Assembly (NCBI RefSeq): GCF_009931435.1
Contig: NZ_CP043414.1
Length of the DNA: 64,000 nt
DNA from: Escherichia coli
Lineage (GTDB): Bacteria > Pseudomonadota > Gammaproteobacteria > Enterobacterales > Enterobacteriaceae
Strand: one strand, 5' to 3'
Position 1 is the first letter of the stretch. Each line of letters opens with the position of its first letter. The notes below the pieces were generated by a model that was not told the DNA's origin, ran no database searches, and was given only the letters and a program-made list of their open reading frames with translations. Both the position numbers and the translations under genes were made by a program. Of this stretch, positions 20,618-34,852 are shown piece after piece.

Positions 20618-20911
20618 CCCGCAGTCATCTTACCCTTCCTTAGCAAAATAGCTGTTTATTTATACAGTTGGTCTTATTTCGGACTTCTCACTACGCATTA
20701 GATCAACCGAAACTAAGCCAGTTTTTCCTTCGCCCCTCAATCATCAAAATTCTCCGCCGCCAGCCAGCTCTGCCATAACCTGGCACATTGCAAAGTAGCC
20801 AAACTTCTTCAGTCACAATCAGTTCACCATCACCAAAAAAAAACATTCCAGAACTTCCGCATCTCGCCCAGTCGCTCCCACTTCTATACTCAAATGAAAA
20901 CGCCAACATAA

Positions 20912-22039
<1,128 letters not shown>

Positions 22040-22104
22040 GTCGGGAATTGCCTTACAGAAGAATATCCCTGACAATGGTGTTTTAACTTACATTTAACAA
22101 TGTT

Positions 22105-22353
22105 ATGAAACACCCTTTAGAAACCTTAACCACCGCAGCAGGCATTTTGCTGATGGCTTTCCTCTCTTGCCTGCTGCTGCCCGCCCCCGCACTGGGGCTG
22201 ACGCTGGCACAAAAACTGGTGAGCACGTTCCATCTGATGGATCTTAGCCAGCTTTACACTTTATTGTTTTGCCTGTGGTTTTTAGTGCTGGGCGCAATTG
22301 AGTATTTTGTTCTGCGCTTTATCTGGCGACGCTGGTTCTCGCTGGCGGATTAA
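22105..22353 (+). CDS. ybdJ: Small inner membrane protein YbdJ
   Basis: 82-aa hydrophobic [32 protein letters not shown]... Confidence 0.8.
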   Translation: MKHPLETLTTAAGILLMAFLSCLLLPAPALGLTLAQKLVSTFHLMDLSQLYTLLFCLWFLVLGAIEYFVLRFIWRRWFSLAD

Positions 22354-22417
22354 ACGTCGATTATCGCCGTACTTCACGGCATACTTTGCTTATTCTCCTT
22401 CGCCTAAAGGAACGTTT

Positions 22418-22786
22418 ATGGATAAGCAATCACTGCACGAAACGGCGAAACGCCTGGCCCTTGAGTTACCCTTTGTCGAGCTTTGCTGGCCTTTTGGCCC
22501 GGAGTTCGATGTTTTTAAAATTGGCGGCAAGATTTTTATGCTGTCGTCGGAGCTGCGCGGCGTCCCCTTTATCAATTTGAAGTCCGATCCACAAAAATCC
22601 CTGTTAAATCAGCAGATATACCCGAGCATTAAGCCAGGATATCACATGAATAAGAAGCACTGGATTTCAGTGTATCCAGGCGATGAGATCTCCGAAGCGT
22701 TACTGCGCGATCTTATCGATGATTCATGGAATTTAGTGGTTGATGGCTTATCTAAACGCGATCAAAAAAGATTGCGCCCAGACTAA
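22418..22786 (+). CDS. ybdF: Uncharacterised protein YbdF
   Basis: 122-aa product from the ATG at 22418 ([34 protein letters not shown]...); the longer ORF start overlaps ybdJ. Confidence 0.8.
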   Translation: MDKQSLHETAKRLALELPFVELCWPFGPEFDVFKIGGKIFMLSSELRGVPFINLKSDPQKSLLNQQIYPSIKPGYHMNKKHWISVYPGDEISEALLRDLIDDSWNLVVDGLSKRDQKRLRPD

Positions 22787-22880
22787 AAGCGAAAATCTAT
22801 AGCGCATTTTTCTCGCTTACCATTTCTCGTTGAACCTTGTAATCTGCTGGCACGCAAAATTACTTACACATGGAGTCTTT

Positions 22881-23534
22881 ATGGATATCATTTCTGTCGC
22901 CTTAAAGCGTCATTCCACTAAGGCATTTGATGCCAGCAAAAAACTTACCCCGGAACAGGCCGAGCAGATCAAAACGCTGCTGCAATACAGCCCATCCAGC
23001 ACCAACTCCCAGCCATGGCATTTTATTGTTGCCAGCACGGAAGAAGGCAAAGCGCGTGTTGCCAAATCCGCTGCCGGTAATTACGTGTTCAACGAGCGCA
23101 AAATGCTTGATGCCTCGCACGTCGTGGTGTTCTGCGCGAAAACCGCGATGGACGATGCCTGGCTGAAACAGGTTGTTGACCAGGAAGATGCCGATGGCCG
23201 CTTTGCCACGCCGGAAGCGAAAGCCGCGAACGATAAAGGCCGCAAATTCTTCGCCGATATGCACCGTAAAGATCTGCATGATGATGCTGAGTGGATGGCA
23301 AAACAGGTTTACCTCAATGTCGGTAACTTCCTGCTGGGCGTTGCGGCGCTGGGTCTGGACGCGGTGCCAATCGAAGGTTTTGACGCAGCAATCCTCGATG
23401 AAGAATTTGGTCTGAAAGAGAAAGGCTACACCAGCCTGGTGGTTGTTCCGGTAGGTCATCACAGCGTCGAAGATTTCAACGCTACACTGCCGAAATCCCG
23501 TCTGCCGCAAGACATCACCATAACTGAAGTGTAA
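22881..23534 (+). CDS. nfsB: Oxygen-insensitive NAD(P)H nitroreductase NfsB
   Basis: 217-aa product from the ATG at 22881 ([31 protein letters not shown]...). Confidence 0.92.
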   Translation: MDIISVALKRHSTKAFDASKKLTPEQAEQIKTLLQYSPSSTNSQPWHFIVASTEEGKARVAKSAAGNYVFNERKMLDASHVVVFCAKTAMDDAWLKQVVDQEDADGRFATPEAKAANDKGRKFFADMHRKDLHDDAEWMAKQVYLNVGNFLLGVAALGLDAVPIEGFDAAILDEEFGLKEKGYTSLVVVPVGHHSVEDFNATLPKSRLPQDITITEV

Positions 23535-23593
23535 TTCTCCTTTGCCGGGCATCCGCCCGGCTATTTCCCCTCAGATTATCCTGATTTGCATAA

Positions 23594-24889
<1,296 letters not shown>

Positions 24890-24896
24890 TTAAAAA

Positions 24897-24927
24897 ATCC
24901 GCTCTCATCGAATGGATGAGAGCGGAT
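24897..24927 (-). terminator. Perfect 13-bp stem hairpin between convergent ybdG and pheP (intrinsic terminator; the U-tract is on the pheP strand)
   Basis: atccgctctcatc (24897-24909), loop gaatg, gatgagagcggat (24915-24927); preceded on the plus strand by aaaaaa, giving a T-run on the minus strand. Confidence 0.6.
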
Positions 24928-24947
24928 TCAGATGGTTGACTTCGTTT

Positions 24948-24978
24948 TGTCGGATGCGGCGTGAACGCCTTATTTCCG
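24948..24978. repeat. REP-like palindromic unit overlapping the pheP stop
   Basis: tgtcggatgcggcgtgaacgccttatttccgac resembles the REP consensus. Confidence 0.5.
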
Positions 24979-26346
24979 ACGCAGCGTTTTAAACGCCACA
25001 AACAGGAATACAATCCACACCGGCAGCAAAATTGCCGACAAGCGCATATCATCCAACGTGCACATCAGCAGCAAAATCATGCCGAGGAAGGCAATGCAGA
25101 GATAGTTGCCGAACGGATAGAGCAGCGCTTTAAACTGTGTTTCTCGTCCCTGACGTCGCATCGCCGCGCGAAAACGCAGATGCGCCAGACAGATCATAAT
25201 CCAGTTCAACAGCAACGTTGCCACCACCAGCGCCATCAGCAGACCAAATGCTTTTTGCGGCAGCAGATAGTTGATCAACACCACCAGCGAAGTGATAGCC
25301 CCGGAAAGCATCAGCGAGTTAATCGGCACGCCGCGACGGCTGACGCGAGTCAAAAATTTCGGTGCATTACCCTGCACAGAAAGACCAAACAGCATCCGGC
25401 TGTTGGAGTAAACCCCACTGTTGTATACCGATAATGATGCTACCAGAATGACGAAATTCAGCGCAGAAGCCACCACATTGCTGTCGAGATTATGGAAAAT
25501 CATCACAAACGGGCTACTGTTAGATTTCACTTCCACCCACGGATAGAGCGCCAGTAAAACCACCAGTGAACCGATATAAAACAGCAGGATGCGATAAACC
25601 ACCTGATTTACCGCTTTTGGAATACTTTTTTCCGGATCGCGCGCTTCAGCGGCAGTAATCCCAATCAGCTCCAGACCGCCGAAGGAAAACATGATCACCG
25701 CCAGCGACAAAATCAGCCCATTCCAGCCCGTGGCGAAGAAACCACCGTAGCGCCAGAGGTTGTCGATACTGGCTTTCTCGCCGCCGTGACCAGAAAACAG
25801 CAGCCACAGGCCAAAGCCGATCATGCCGATGATCGCCAGCACTTTAATCAGCGCAAACCAGAACTCGGTTTCGCCATATAAGCGCACGTTCACCAGGTTA
25901 ACGGCGTTGATGATAATAAAGAAGGCGGCAGCCCAAATCCACGTTGGAACATCCGGGAACCAGTACTGCATATAGATGCCCGCAGCGGTCAGCTCAGCCA
26001 TCCCCACCAGTACGAACATCACCCAGTAGTTCCAGCCTGAGAGAAAGCCCGCAAACGGTCCCCAGTATTTATAGGCAAAGTGGGCAAACGAACCGGATAC
26101 CGGCTCCTCAACCACCATCTCGCCAAGCTGGCGCATAATCAGGAAAGCAATGATCCCGGCGACGCCGTAGCCCAACAATACAGCCGGACCTGCCATCTGA
26201 ATCGCCGGGCCAATGCCAAGAAACAGACCAGTACCAATAGCGCCACCCAGCGCAATCAGTTGAATATGACGGTTATGTAATCCGCGATGAAGCGTCGGCT
26301 CTTTATTCGACGCAGTATCTTCCGATACGGTTGACGCGTTTTTCAC
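24970..26346 (-). CDS. pheP: Phenylalanine-specific permease PheP (APC family)
   Basis: 458-aa product from the GTG at 26346 (MKNASTVSEDTASNKEPTLHRGLHNRHIQLIALGGAIGTGLF...). Confidence 0.92.
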   Translation of the reverse strand: MKNASTVSEDTASNKEPTLHRGLHNRHIQLIALGGAIGTGLFLGIGPAIQMAGPAVLLGYGVAGIIAFLIMRQLGEMVVEEPVSGSFAHFAYKYWGPFAGFLSGWNYWVMFVLVGMAELTAAGIYMQYWFPDVPTWIWAAAFFIIINAVNLVNVRLYGETEFWFALIKVLAIIGMIGFGLWLLFSGHGGEKASIDNLWRYGGFFATGWNGLILSLAVIMFSFGGLELIGITAAEARDPEKSIPKAVNQVVYRILLFYIGSLVVLLALYPWVEVKSNSSPFVMIFHNLDSNVVASALNFVILVASLSVYNSGVYSNSRMLFGLSVQGNAPKFLTRVSRRGVPINSLMLSGAITSLVVLINYLLPQKAFGLLMALVVATLLLNWIMICLAHLRFRAAMRRQGRETQFKALLYPFGNYLCIAFLGMILLLMCTLDDMRLSAILLPVWIVFLFVAFKTLRRK

Positions 26347-26447
26347 GCCTTTCCCCTGTGTGACTTTTTTGTTGAGGGGCACCTTTTAACATTTAGTGCC
26401 CATCGTCGCAAGACACAATCCACGCGGTTAAACCGGGTATCCTGCTT

Positions 26448-29400
26448 TTATTTCCGTACCCGGTGTCGGTGCAGCCACATCAGCTTATACGCCGCCGGAA
26501 TAATAAACAGCGACAGCAAAGGTGCGGTGATCATGCCGCCAATCATCGGCGCGGCAATCCGGCTCATCACCTCTGAACCTGCCCCCGTTCCCCACAAAAT
26601 CGGCAGCAGACCCGCGATAATCACCGCCACCGTCATCGCTTTCGGGCGCACGCGCAGTACCGCGCCGTGATATAACGCTTCATCCAGCTTCTGCTCGCTG
26701 AATGTTTGCGGATTATCCAGGGATGGATCTGCCTCTATGGCGTGACGTAAATACATCAACATCACCACGCCAAATTCGGCGGCGACCCCGGCGAGGGCGA
26801 TAAAGCCAGTGCCCGTCGCCACGGAAAGATGAAAGCCCATCCACCACAGCAACCAGATGCCGCCCACCAGCGCAAACGGTACGCTGCTGATAATCAGCAA
26901 CGCTTCGCCCACGCGACGGAACGCCAGATACAACAGCACGAAGATGATCATCAACGTCATCGGCACCATGAGTTTCAGCTTATGGTTGGCGCGCTCCAGT
27001 AGCTCGAACTGCCCGGAGAATGCCACGCTGGTGCCCGGTTTTAACTGCACTTTCCCGGCAATCGCTTTTTGCAAATCGTGAACCACCGACACCATGTCAC
27101 GATCGCGGGCATCGATATAAATCCAGCTTGTCGGGCGCGCATTCTCGGTTTTCAGCATCGACGGTCCGGTAGAGACTTTAACGTCGGCCACGTCTGCCAG
27201 GGTAATTTGCTGCTTCATTGGCGTCAGGATCGGCAGCTGGCGCAGCGCCTGTGGGCTATCGCGCCAGCTTTGCGGATAACGCAGATTAATTGGATAACGG
27301 GCAATCCCTTCCACCGTTTCACCAACCATCGCACCGCCCACCGCAGAAGTCACAAACAACTGCACATCCGCCACCGTCATACCGTAACGGGCGGCTTTTT
27401 CACGGTTGATCTCAACGTTGATATAGCGCCCACCTTCCAGACGTTCAGCAAGGGCAGAAGCCACGCCTGGCACCGTTCGCGCCACTTCTTCAATTTGCTC
27501 CGCCATCGCGTCGATATCCGCCAGCACAGTGCCGGAAACTTTAATGCCGATGGGGCTTTTAATGCCGGTCGAGAGCATATCGATACGGTTACGGATTGGC
27601 GGCACCCACAGATTCGCCAGCCCCGGCAGACGCACGGTGTTGTCCAGTTCCTCAATGATTTTGTCCATCGTCATGCCTGGCCGCCACTGATCCTGTGGCT
27701 TAAGCTGGATGGTCGTTTCTACCATCTCCAGCGGTGCGGAGTCGGTGGCGGTTTCCGCTTTCCCGGTTTTGCCAAACACCCGCGCCACTTCCGGCACGCT
27801 CATAATCAGCTTGTCGGTTTTTTGCAGCATACTCGCCGCCTCTGCTGCGGAAATCCCCGGCAGCGTCGATGGCATATACAACAAGTCGCCTTCATTGATC
27901 TGCGGTAAAAATTCCCCGCCAACTTTATTGAGCGGCCAGAGAACCGTAAGCACCGAAAGCGCTGCCACCAGCAGCGTGGTTTTCGGCCAGTGTAGTACTT
28001 TCAGCAACAGCGGATGATAAACACGAATCAAAAAGCGATTGAGCGGGTTACTGCTTTCTGGCGGAATTTTGCCACGGATCCAGTAGCCCATCAGGATGGG
28101 GATCACCACGATCGCCAGCAGCGCCGCGCCCGCCATCGCATACGTTTTGGTGAACGCCAGCGGGCCAAACAGACGCCCTTCCTGCCCTTCCAGGGTGAAG
28201 ATCGGGATAAACGACAGCGTGATAATCAGCAGACTGATAAACAGCGCCGGACCTACTTCAACAGATGCATCGGTGATCACCTGCCAGCGCGTTTTATTAT
28301 CCAGCGTGGCGTCAGGATGCTGGTGCTGCCACTCTTCCAGCCGTTTATGCGCATTCTCGATCATGACGATAGCGGCATCGACCATCGCCCCGACGGCAAT
28401 CGCAATACCGCCCAGCGACATAATATTGGCATTCAGTCCCTGGAAGTGCATGACAATAAAAGCAATACACAACCCCAGCGGCAACGAAATAATCGCCACC
28501 AGTGCCGAGCGCACATGCCAGAGAAACAGCGCGCAGACCATCGCCACCACAATAAACTCTTCCAGCAACTTGCCGCTGAGGTTGTCGATGGCGCGGTCAA
28601 TAAGCTGGCTGCGATCGTATGTTGTAACTATCTCCACGCCTTCCGGCAGACTGCTTTTCAGCGTTTCCAGTTTGTCCTTCACGGCGGCGATCACTTCACG
28701 GGCGTTTTTGCCGGAACGCAGGATCACCACCCCACCCGCCACTTCTCCTTCGCCATTCAGTTCGGCAATGCCCCGGCGCATTTCCGGGCCAACCTGGACC
28801 TTCGCAACATCACGCAGATAAACGGGCACGCCATTTTCACTGGCTTTTAAAACGATGTGATTAAAGTCGTCGAGCGTTTGCAGATAGCCGCTGGCGCGCA
28901 CCATATATTCCGCTTCCGCCAGTTCGATCGACGAACCGCCCGCTTCCTGGTTTGAAGCATCCAGCGCGCTTTTTACTTCGGCGAGACTGATGCCATATTG
29001 CGCCAGGCGCTGGGGATCGATAACCACCTGATACTCTTTCACCACACCACCTACCGACGCCACTTCCGCAACGTCAGGGATAGTTTTTAACTCATATTTG
29101 AGAAACCAGTCCTGCAATGAGCGTAAATCGGCCAGATCGTGCTTACCGCTGCGATCCACCAGTGCATATTCATAGATCCAGCCAACACCTGTGGCATCTG
29201 GTCCCAGCTCGGCGCTGACTCCCGCAGGCAGCTTACCCTGTACCTGGTTGAGGTACTCCAGCACCCGCGAGCGCGCCCAGTACGGATCGGTGCCATCTTC
29301 GAAAATGACATATACATAAGAGTCGCCAAACTGCGAGAAACCGCGCACAGTCTTCGCGCCAGGTACTGACAACATGGTGGTGGTTAGCGGATAAGTCACC

Positions 29401-29591
29401 TGATTTTCAACGATTTGCGGTGCCTGACCGGGATAGCTGGTTTTAATAATCACCTGCACATCGGAGAGATCCGGCAGCGCATCCACTGGCGTGTTAATGA
29501 TAGTCCAGGTGCCCCAGATACTCAGAAACAACGCGCCGATCAGCACCAGAAAACGGTTCGCCACCGAGCGACGAATAATCCATTCAATCAT
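26448..29591 (-). CDS. cusA: Copper/silver efflux RND transporter CusA
   Basis: 1047-aa [50 protein letters not shown]... Confidence 0.95.
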   Translation of the reverse strand: MIEWIIRRSVANRFLVLIGALFLSIWGTWTIINTPVDALPDLSDVQVIIKTSYPGQAPQIVENQVTYPLTTTMLSVPGAKTVRGFSQFGDSYVYVIFEDGTDPYWARSRVLEYLNQVQGKLPAGVSAELGPDATGVGWIYEYALVDRSGKHDLADLRSLQDWFLKYELKTIPDVAEVASVGGVVKEYQVVIDPQRLAQYGISLAEVKSALDASNQEAGGSSIELAEAEYMVRASGYLQTLDDFNHIVLKASENGVPVYLRDVAKVQVGPEMRRGIAELNGEGEVAGGVVILRSGKNAREVIAAVKDKLETLKSSLPEGVEIVTTYDRSQLIDRAIDNLSGKLLEEFIVVAMVCALFLWHVRSALVAIISLPLGLCIAFIVMHFQGLNANIMSLGGIAIAVGAMVDAAIVMIENAHKRLEEWQHQHPDATLDNKTRWQVITDASVEVGPALFISLLIITLSFIPIFTLEGQEGRLFGPLAFTKTYAMAGAALLAIVVIPILMGYWIRGKIPPESSNPLNRFLIRVYHPLLLKVLHWPKTTLLVAALSVLTVLWPLNKVGGEFLPQINEGDLLYMPSTLPGISAAEAASMLQKTDKLIMSVPEVARVFGKTGKAETATDSAPLEMVETTIQLKPQDQWRPGMTMDKIIEELDNTVRLPGLANLWVPPIRNRIDMLSTGIKSPIGIKVSGTVLADIDAMAEQIEEVARTVPGVASALAERLEGGRYINVEINREKAARYGMTVADVQLFVTSAVGGAMVGETVEGIARYPINLRYPQSWRDSPQALRQLPILTPMKQQITLADVADVKVSTGPSMLKTENARPTSWIYIDARDRDMVSVVHDLQKAIAGKVQLKPGTSVAFSGQFELLERANHKLKLMVPMTLMIIFVLLYLAFRRVGEALLIISSVPFALVGGIWLLWWMGFHLSVATGTGFIALAGVAAEFGVVMLMYLRHAIEADPSLDNPQTFSEQKLDEALYHGAVLRVRPKAMTVAVIIAGLLPILWGTGAGSEVMSRIAAPMIGGMITAPLLSLFIIPAAYKLMWLHRHRVRK

Positions 29592-29602
29592 TGGTTATTC
29601 CC

Positions 29603-30826
29603 TCAATGCGCATGGGTAGCACTTTCAGAGCGCATCCGCTCCAGTGCGCCAGAAATATTGGCTTCAGAATCAATCAGGAACAGGCCGCTGGAAACCACCT
29701 TTTCACCTTCCGCCAGACCAGAACGTAGCGCGGTGACGCCTTGCGACGCCTGGAAAACAGCAACGCGTTTCGGTACAAAGCGCCCGTCGGCATCAACGGT
29801 AATCACCCGCTGTTCGTTACCAGTATCAATCAGTGCCTGTGACGGAATGAGCAGCATCGGTTCGCTGGCGGTGTTGAGTTGCAACCAGGCGTTCATTCCC
29901 GGTTTTAGCGCCTCGTCGGCGTTGTCGACTTCCAGACGCAGTTGCAGCGTGCGGGTCGCGGCATCCACGCCGGGTAGAAGGGTCCATTTGCGGATGCTGA
30001 GCGTTTTATCCGGTCGCGCCGGAACGGTGAGCGTAAACTGCGAGGCATCTTTCACCAGCCAGGCGATGGACTCCGGGATCGCAGCAGTGACCCACACCGG
30101 GTCCATACCCTGAATTTTCGCGACCACGTTATCTTTGGCGATATTCATTCCCGCGCGCAGATCAAACGCGGTGATCACGCCATCAATGGGCGCTTTGAGC
30201 GTAAAGCGAGTCTGGATTTTTTGCGTGGCGATCAGGCGGCGAATATCGGCCTCCGGCATTCCCGCCAGCCGCAGGCGTTCAAGAATACCGTCGGTCTGGG
30301 TCGCCGTCCCGCCGGTTTCGCGCAGCAGTAAATACTCACTCTGCGCTTCCACCCAGTCGGGAATGGTCAGGTCGAGAAGCGGTGTGCCCTTTTGCACTTT
30401 ATCGCCTACGGTAAGCGGATACACCTTGTCGATAAACCCGGCTGCGCGGGCCTGCACAATGGCAAACTGATACTCGTTGTAACTCACATTCGCTGGGAAA
30501 CTCTGGGCAAAAGTCAGCGGCCCGCGCGTGACGGTCGCCGTTTTCACCCCCAGATTTTGCGTCTGGGTCGGGTCAATGCGCACACCAGACGCAGAAGTCT
30601 CTTCATCGGCATATTTCGGCACCAGATCCATATCCATAAACGGCGATTTACCTGGTTTATCGAACCGCGTATTGGGATACATCGGGTCGTACCAGAATAA
30701 TATTTTACGTTCTGCGGTCGACGTTTTTTCTGCGGGCGGTTCAGCCTTTGCAAACCAGGTAAAACCTGCCGCAGAAATAATACCGCCCGCGATCATGCTG
30801 CCGATAATAAGCGCGATTTTTTTCAT
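29603..30826 (-). CDS. cusB: Copper/silver efflux membrane fusion protein CusB
   Basis: 407-aa ORF MKKIALIIGSMIAGGIISAAGFTWF...; operon context. Confidence 0.93.
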   Translation of the reverse strand: MKKIALIIGSMIAGGIISAAGFTWFAKAEPPAEKTSTAERKILFWYDPMYPNTRFDKPGKSPFMDMDLVPKYADEETSASGVRIDPTQTQNLGVKTATVTRGPLTFAQSFPANVSYNEYQFAIVQARAAGFIDKVYPLTVGDKVQKGTPLLDLTIPDWVEAQSEYLLLRETGGTATQTDGILERLRLAGMPEADIRRLIATQKIQTRFTLKAPIDGVITAFDLRAGMNIAKDNVVAKIQGMDPVWVTAAIPESIAWLVKDASQFTLTVPARPDKTLSIRKWTLLPGVDAATRTLQLRLEVDNADEALKPGMNAWLQLNTASEPMLLIPSQALIDTGNEQRVITVDADGRFVPKRVAVFQASQGVTALRSGLAEGEKVVSSGLFLIDSEANISGALERMRSESATHAH

Positions 30827-30841
30827 CTCATTAAACCTGGG

Positions 30842-31174
30842 TTACTGGCTGACTTTAATATCCTGTAATAAAGAAAGGTTGCCCTGCTGGACAAAATTAA
30901 ACGCTACTTTGTCGCCAGTTTTAATTTCACTCATTTTCGTCTGCGGGGTGATGGTAAAGCGCATGGTCATCTCCGGCCAGTTCACGGCGGCAATCGGATC
31001 GTGGTGGATGGTGATTTTTTTGCTTTCCAGATCAATACTTTTTACCACACCGGTGGCACTAATGACCTGCGGTTGTGCTTCGTTCATGGTTTCATGATGA
31101 TGTTCGTTAGCCTGGGCATTAAAGCCAATAACGGTAAACAGACTGAACATTACGACTTGCAGTGCTTTTTTCAT
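30842..31174 (-). CDS. cusF: Periplasmic copper/silver chaperone CusF
   Basis: 110-aa ORF MKKALQVVMFSLFTVIGFNAQANEHHHETMNEAQPQV... Confidence 0.93.
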   Translation of the reverse strand: MKKALQVVMFSLFTVIGFNAQANEHHHETMNEAQPQVISATGVVKSIDLESKKITIHHDPIAAVNWPEMTMRFTITPQTKMSEIKTGDKVAFNFVQQGNLSLLQDIKVSQ

Positions 31175-31197
31175 TTATTCTCTCCTGGAGTTAAAAT

Positions 31198-32580
31198 TTA
31201 TTGCTGCCAACCGCCACCCAGGGCGGTATATAAGGAAACTTCGTTAACCTGACGGGCATAATTCAGGTCGAGTAAAGTTTGTCGGGTTGCAAATAAGGAA
31301 CGCTCGGCATCCAGCACTTCCAGATAACTTACCGCGCCGTGCTGATATAATGCCCGCGCCCGTTGCAAAGTAATTTGCAGCGACGCCAGATAACGCTGCT
31401 GGGCGCTGATTTGATCGTTCAGGCTTTGACGTAATGCAAGCGCATCTGCCACTTCTTTAAAGGCGTTCTGGATTTTCTGTTCATAATTCACCACCGACTG
31501 CTGCTGGCGAATTTCGGCGATATCCAGATTGGCCTGGTTGCGTCCGGCATTAAAAATGGGGATCTCAATTTTGGGAATAAAATTCCACATCCCGCTGCTG
31601 GCGTTAAATAATGATGACAGATCGCTGCTGGCGGTTGATATTCCACTGGTCAGGCTTATAGACGGGAAAAATGCCGCACGCGCAGCACCAATATTGGCAT
31701 TAGCCGCCATTAACGCGTGTTCAGCTTCCATAATATCCGGGCGCTGCAACAAGATTTGCGAAGACAAGCCCGCCGGTAATTTAACGCTTTGCAGGCTGTC
31801 GCTGTTTACTGTCTGCGCTTGCGGCAGTTTGCCGTAGTTTCCCAATAACAGTTGCAATGCATTATTCGCCTGCGCCAGTTCCCCCTGACGTTTAGCGATA
31901 TCACTGCGGGTACTTTCTATCACCCCGCGAGCCTGTTCCAGCGCCAGAACATTGCTGCTACCGGTCAACAGTTGTTTTTCAACAAACGCATATGACTGCT
32001 GATAATTACGCAGCGTTTCTTCGGCTATTTGTAATTGCGCATAAGCCAGTTGCTGATTGAAATAGCTTTGCGCGACATTAGAAACCAGCAGAATATGCAC
32101 CGCGCGCTGAGCTTCCTCAGTAGCTAAATAATTTTGTCGCTCGGCTTCGCTCATATTCTTTAAGCGACCGAAAAAATCGAGATCAAAGCTGGCGTTAAGG
32201 CCAGTCGAGAACTCCCGCGTCGTGGCGGTATTCCCTTTAAGATTGCCGCTCCAGCTGCCGCTACCCTCGCCATTGAGCTGTGGGTAGCGGTCGGCATCGG
32301 TCAGACGATATTGCGCCCGCGCTTCCTGCACTTTCAGCGTCGCCATGCGCAAATCCCGGTTATTCACCAGCGCCTCGCTAATCAGCGTCTTCACCTGATT
32401 ATCAACAAAAAAGGTGCGCCAGCCCGCGTTCTGGTAGTTATCTACCGCGTTAACCAGGCCGTTCTGGCTGAGTGAGAACTGCTGCGGCACGGGCATTGCC
32501 GGACGCTGATAATCCGGTGCCAGTGAACAACCGGTTAGCGCAAGGGCCACACAAAATGGCAGAAGTTTACAAGGAGACAT
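31198..32580 (-). CDS. cusC: Copper/silver efflux outer membrane factor CusC
   Basis: ORF containing MSPCKLLPFCVALALTGCSLAP... (lipoprotein signal with Cys); start taken at the ATG at 32580-32578, exact start uncertain by a few codons. Confidence 0.9.
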   Translation of the reverse strand: MSPCKLLPFCVALALTGCSLAPDYQRPAMPVPQQFSLSQNGLVNAVDNYQNAGWRTFFVDNQVKTLISEALVNNRDLRMATLKVQEARAQYRLTDADRYPQLNGEGSGSWSGNLKGNTATTREFSTGLNASFDLDFFGRLKNMSEAERQNYLATEEAQRAVHILLVSNVAQSYFNQQLAYAQLQIAEETLRNYQQSYAFVEKQLLTGSSNVLALEQARGVIESTRSDIAKRQGELAQANNALQLLLGNYGKLPQAQTVNSDSLQSVKLPAGLSSQILLQRPDIMEAEHALMAANANIGAARAAFFPSISLTSGISTASSDLSSLFNASSGMWNFIPKIEIPIFNAGRNQANLDIAEIRQQQSVVNYEQKIQNAFKEVADALALRQSLNDQISAQQRYLASLQITLQRARALYQHGAVSYLEVLDAERSLFATRQTLLDLNYARQVNEVSLYTALGGGWQQ

Positions 32581-32649
32581 AGGCACATAATTTCTGGTGA
32601 TTTTATGCCGCCAACTTTACACGCCAGGCTCTGATTTTCCGGTGACAGG

Positions 32650-32671
32650 AAAATGACAAAATTGTCATTTT
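32650..32671. promoter_or_regulatory. CusR-box palindrome in the cusC / cusR divergent promoter region
   Basis: aaaatgacaaaattgtcatttt is a perfect inverted repeat (AAAATGACAA / TTGTCATTTT) matching the CusR binding site as I recall it. Confidence 0.75.
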
Positions 32672-32736
32672 GCCAATAAGCGATTGCCATCTGATCCCGC
32701 TACTCTAGAATTGCCCGGGCAACATGCGGAGGAAAT

Positions 32737-33420
32737 ATGAAACTGTTGATTGTCGAAGATGAAAAGAAAACCGGCGAATACTTAACCAAAGGGTTAACCG
32801 AGGCCGGTTTTGTGGTTGATTTGGCCGATAACGGGCTGAATGGATATCATCTGGCGATGACAGGTGATTATGACCTGATAATCCTCGATATTATGCTGCC
32901 GGACGTGAACGGCTGGGATATTGTGCGCATGTTGCGTTCCGCCAATAAAGGGATGCCGATTCTGTTGCTTACCGCGCTTGGCACCATTGAACATCGCGTC
33001 AAGGGGCTGGAGCTGGGAGCGGATGACTATCTGGTGAAGCCGTTCGCTTTTGCTGAACTGCTGGCACGGGTGCGCACTCTACTGCGGCGCGGGGCGGCGG
33101 TAATTATCGAAAGTCAGTTTCAGGTTGCCGATTTAATGGTTGATCTGGTCAGCCGCAAAGTCACCCGCAGCGGCACGCGCATCACTTTGACCAGTAAAGA
33201 ATTTACTCTGCTGGAGTTTTTCCTCCGCCATCAGGGTGAAGTGCTGCCCCGCTCGCTTATCGCCTCGCAGGTGTGGGACATGAATTTCGACAGCGACACT
33301 AACGCTATTGATGTGGCGGTGAAGCGGCTACGCGGCAAAATCGACAATGATTTCGAGCCAAAGTTAATTCAGACCGTACGCGGCGTAGGTTACATGCTTG
33401 AGGTGCCGGATGGCCAGTAA
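32737..33420 (+). CDS. cusR: Copper-responsive response regulator CusR (OmpR family)
   Basis: 227-aa [31 protein letters not shown]... Confidence 0.93.
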
Positions 33421-34852
33421 GCCGTTTCAGCGCCCGTTTTCGCTGGCAACCCGCCTGACCTTTTTTATCAGCCTTGCCACCATTGCAGCGTTTTTCGTCT
33501 TTGCCTGGATCATGATCCACTCGGTAAAAGTGCATTTTGCCGAGCAGGATATTAATGATTTAAAAGAGATTAGCGCCACATTCAAGCGCGTTCTTAATCA
33601 TCCCGAAGAGACACAAGCCCGACGCTTAATGACGCTGGAAGATATCGTCAGTGGTTATTCCAACGTGTTGATTTCTCTGGCAGATAGCCACGGTAAAACG
33701 GTGTATCACTCCCCCGGTGCGCCGGATATCCGCGAGTTTGCACGTGATGCCATACCCGATAAAGACGCTCGGAGCGGCGAGGTGTATCTCCTTTCCGGCC
33801 CGACAATGATGATGCCAGGCCACGGTCACGGGCATATGGAACACAGCAACTGGCGGATGATTAACTTGCCGGTTGGCCCGTTGGTGGACGGCAAACCGAT
33901 TTATACGCTCTACATCGCGCTGTCTATCGATTTTCATCTTCATTACATTAATGATTTGATGAATAAACTTATTATGACCGCATCGATCATCAGCATCCTG
34001 ATCGTCTTTATCGTGCTGCTGGCGGTACATAAAGGCCACGCGCCAATTCGCAGCGTCAGCCGTCAAATCCAGAACATTACCTCGAAAGATCTCGACGTTC
34101 GCCTCGATCCACAGACCGTGCCCATTGAACTCGAACAACTGGTGCTGTCGTTCAACCATATGATCGAGCGTATCGAGGATGTCTTTACCCGCCAGTCCAA
34201 TTTCTCAGCGGATATCGCCCACGAAATTCGCACGCCGATTACGAATCTTATAACGCAAACGGAAATCGCCCTCAGCCAGTCGCGCAGCCAGAAGGAGCTG
34301 GAAGATGTGCTCTACTCTAATCTCGAAGAGCTGACGCGAATGGCGAAAATGGTCAGCGATATGCTGTTTCTCGCTCAGGCCGATAACAACCAGTTAATCC
34401 CCGAAAAGAAAATGCTCAACCTGGCGGATGAAGTCGGCAAAGTGTTCGATTTTTTCGAGGCGTTAGCGGAAGATCGCGGCGTGGAGTTGCGGTTTGTTGG
34501 TGACGAGTGTCAGGTTGCGGGCGATCCGCTGATGTTGCGTCGGGCGTTAAGCAACCTGCTTTCTAACGCCCTGCGTTATACGCCGCCCGGAGAGGCAATT
34601 GTAGTGCGCTGCCAGACGGTCGATCACCAGGTGCAAGTTACCGTCGAAAACCCCGGTACGCCCATTGCGCCCGAGCATTTACCGCGTTTGTTTGACCGTT
34701 TCTACCGCGTTGATCCTTCCCGCCAGCGAAAAGGTGAAGGTAGCGGTATTGGGCTGGCGATAGTGAAATCGATTGTTGTCGCGCATAAAGGCACGGTTGC
34801 GGTAACGTCAGATGCGCGGGGAACAAGGTTTGTTATCATATTACCCGCTTAA
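33410..34852 (+). CDS. cusS: Copper-sensing histidine kinase CusS
   Basis: 480-aa product from the ATG at 33410 ([29 protein letters not shown]...), H-box [10 protein letters not shown]; start overlaps the cusR stop. Confidence 0.92.

Larger units (their letters stand above)
19215..20700 (-). repeat. Tandem array of three roughly 500-bp hok/sok type I toxin-antitoxin units (direct repeats)
   Basis: Three near-identical units (about 19215-19713, 19714-20216, 20217-20700), each with a hok ORF, an upstream mok-like leader ORF and a 3' GC hairpin (tcgcccgc...gcgggcga). Confidence 0.85.

Noticed and set aside
19296-20651. Plus-strand ORFs of 69-113 aa and alternative-frame minus-strand 77-aa ORFs recurring in each hok unit
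   Set aside because: They recur only because the DNA is tandemly repeated; they overlap hok and mok antisense or out of frame and have no homology I recognise.
27069-28850. Plus-strand ORFs of 279, 278 and 241 aa (His/Arg-rich) inside the cusA region
   Set aside because: They lie antisense to the strongly supported cusA coding sequence, have low-complexity composition and no recognisable domains; typical antisense artefacts of a GC-rich gene.
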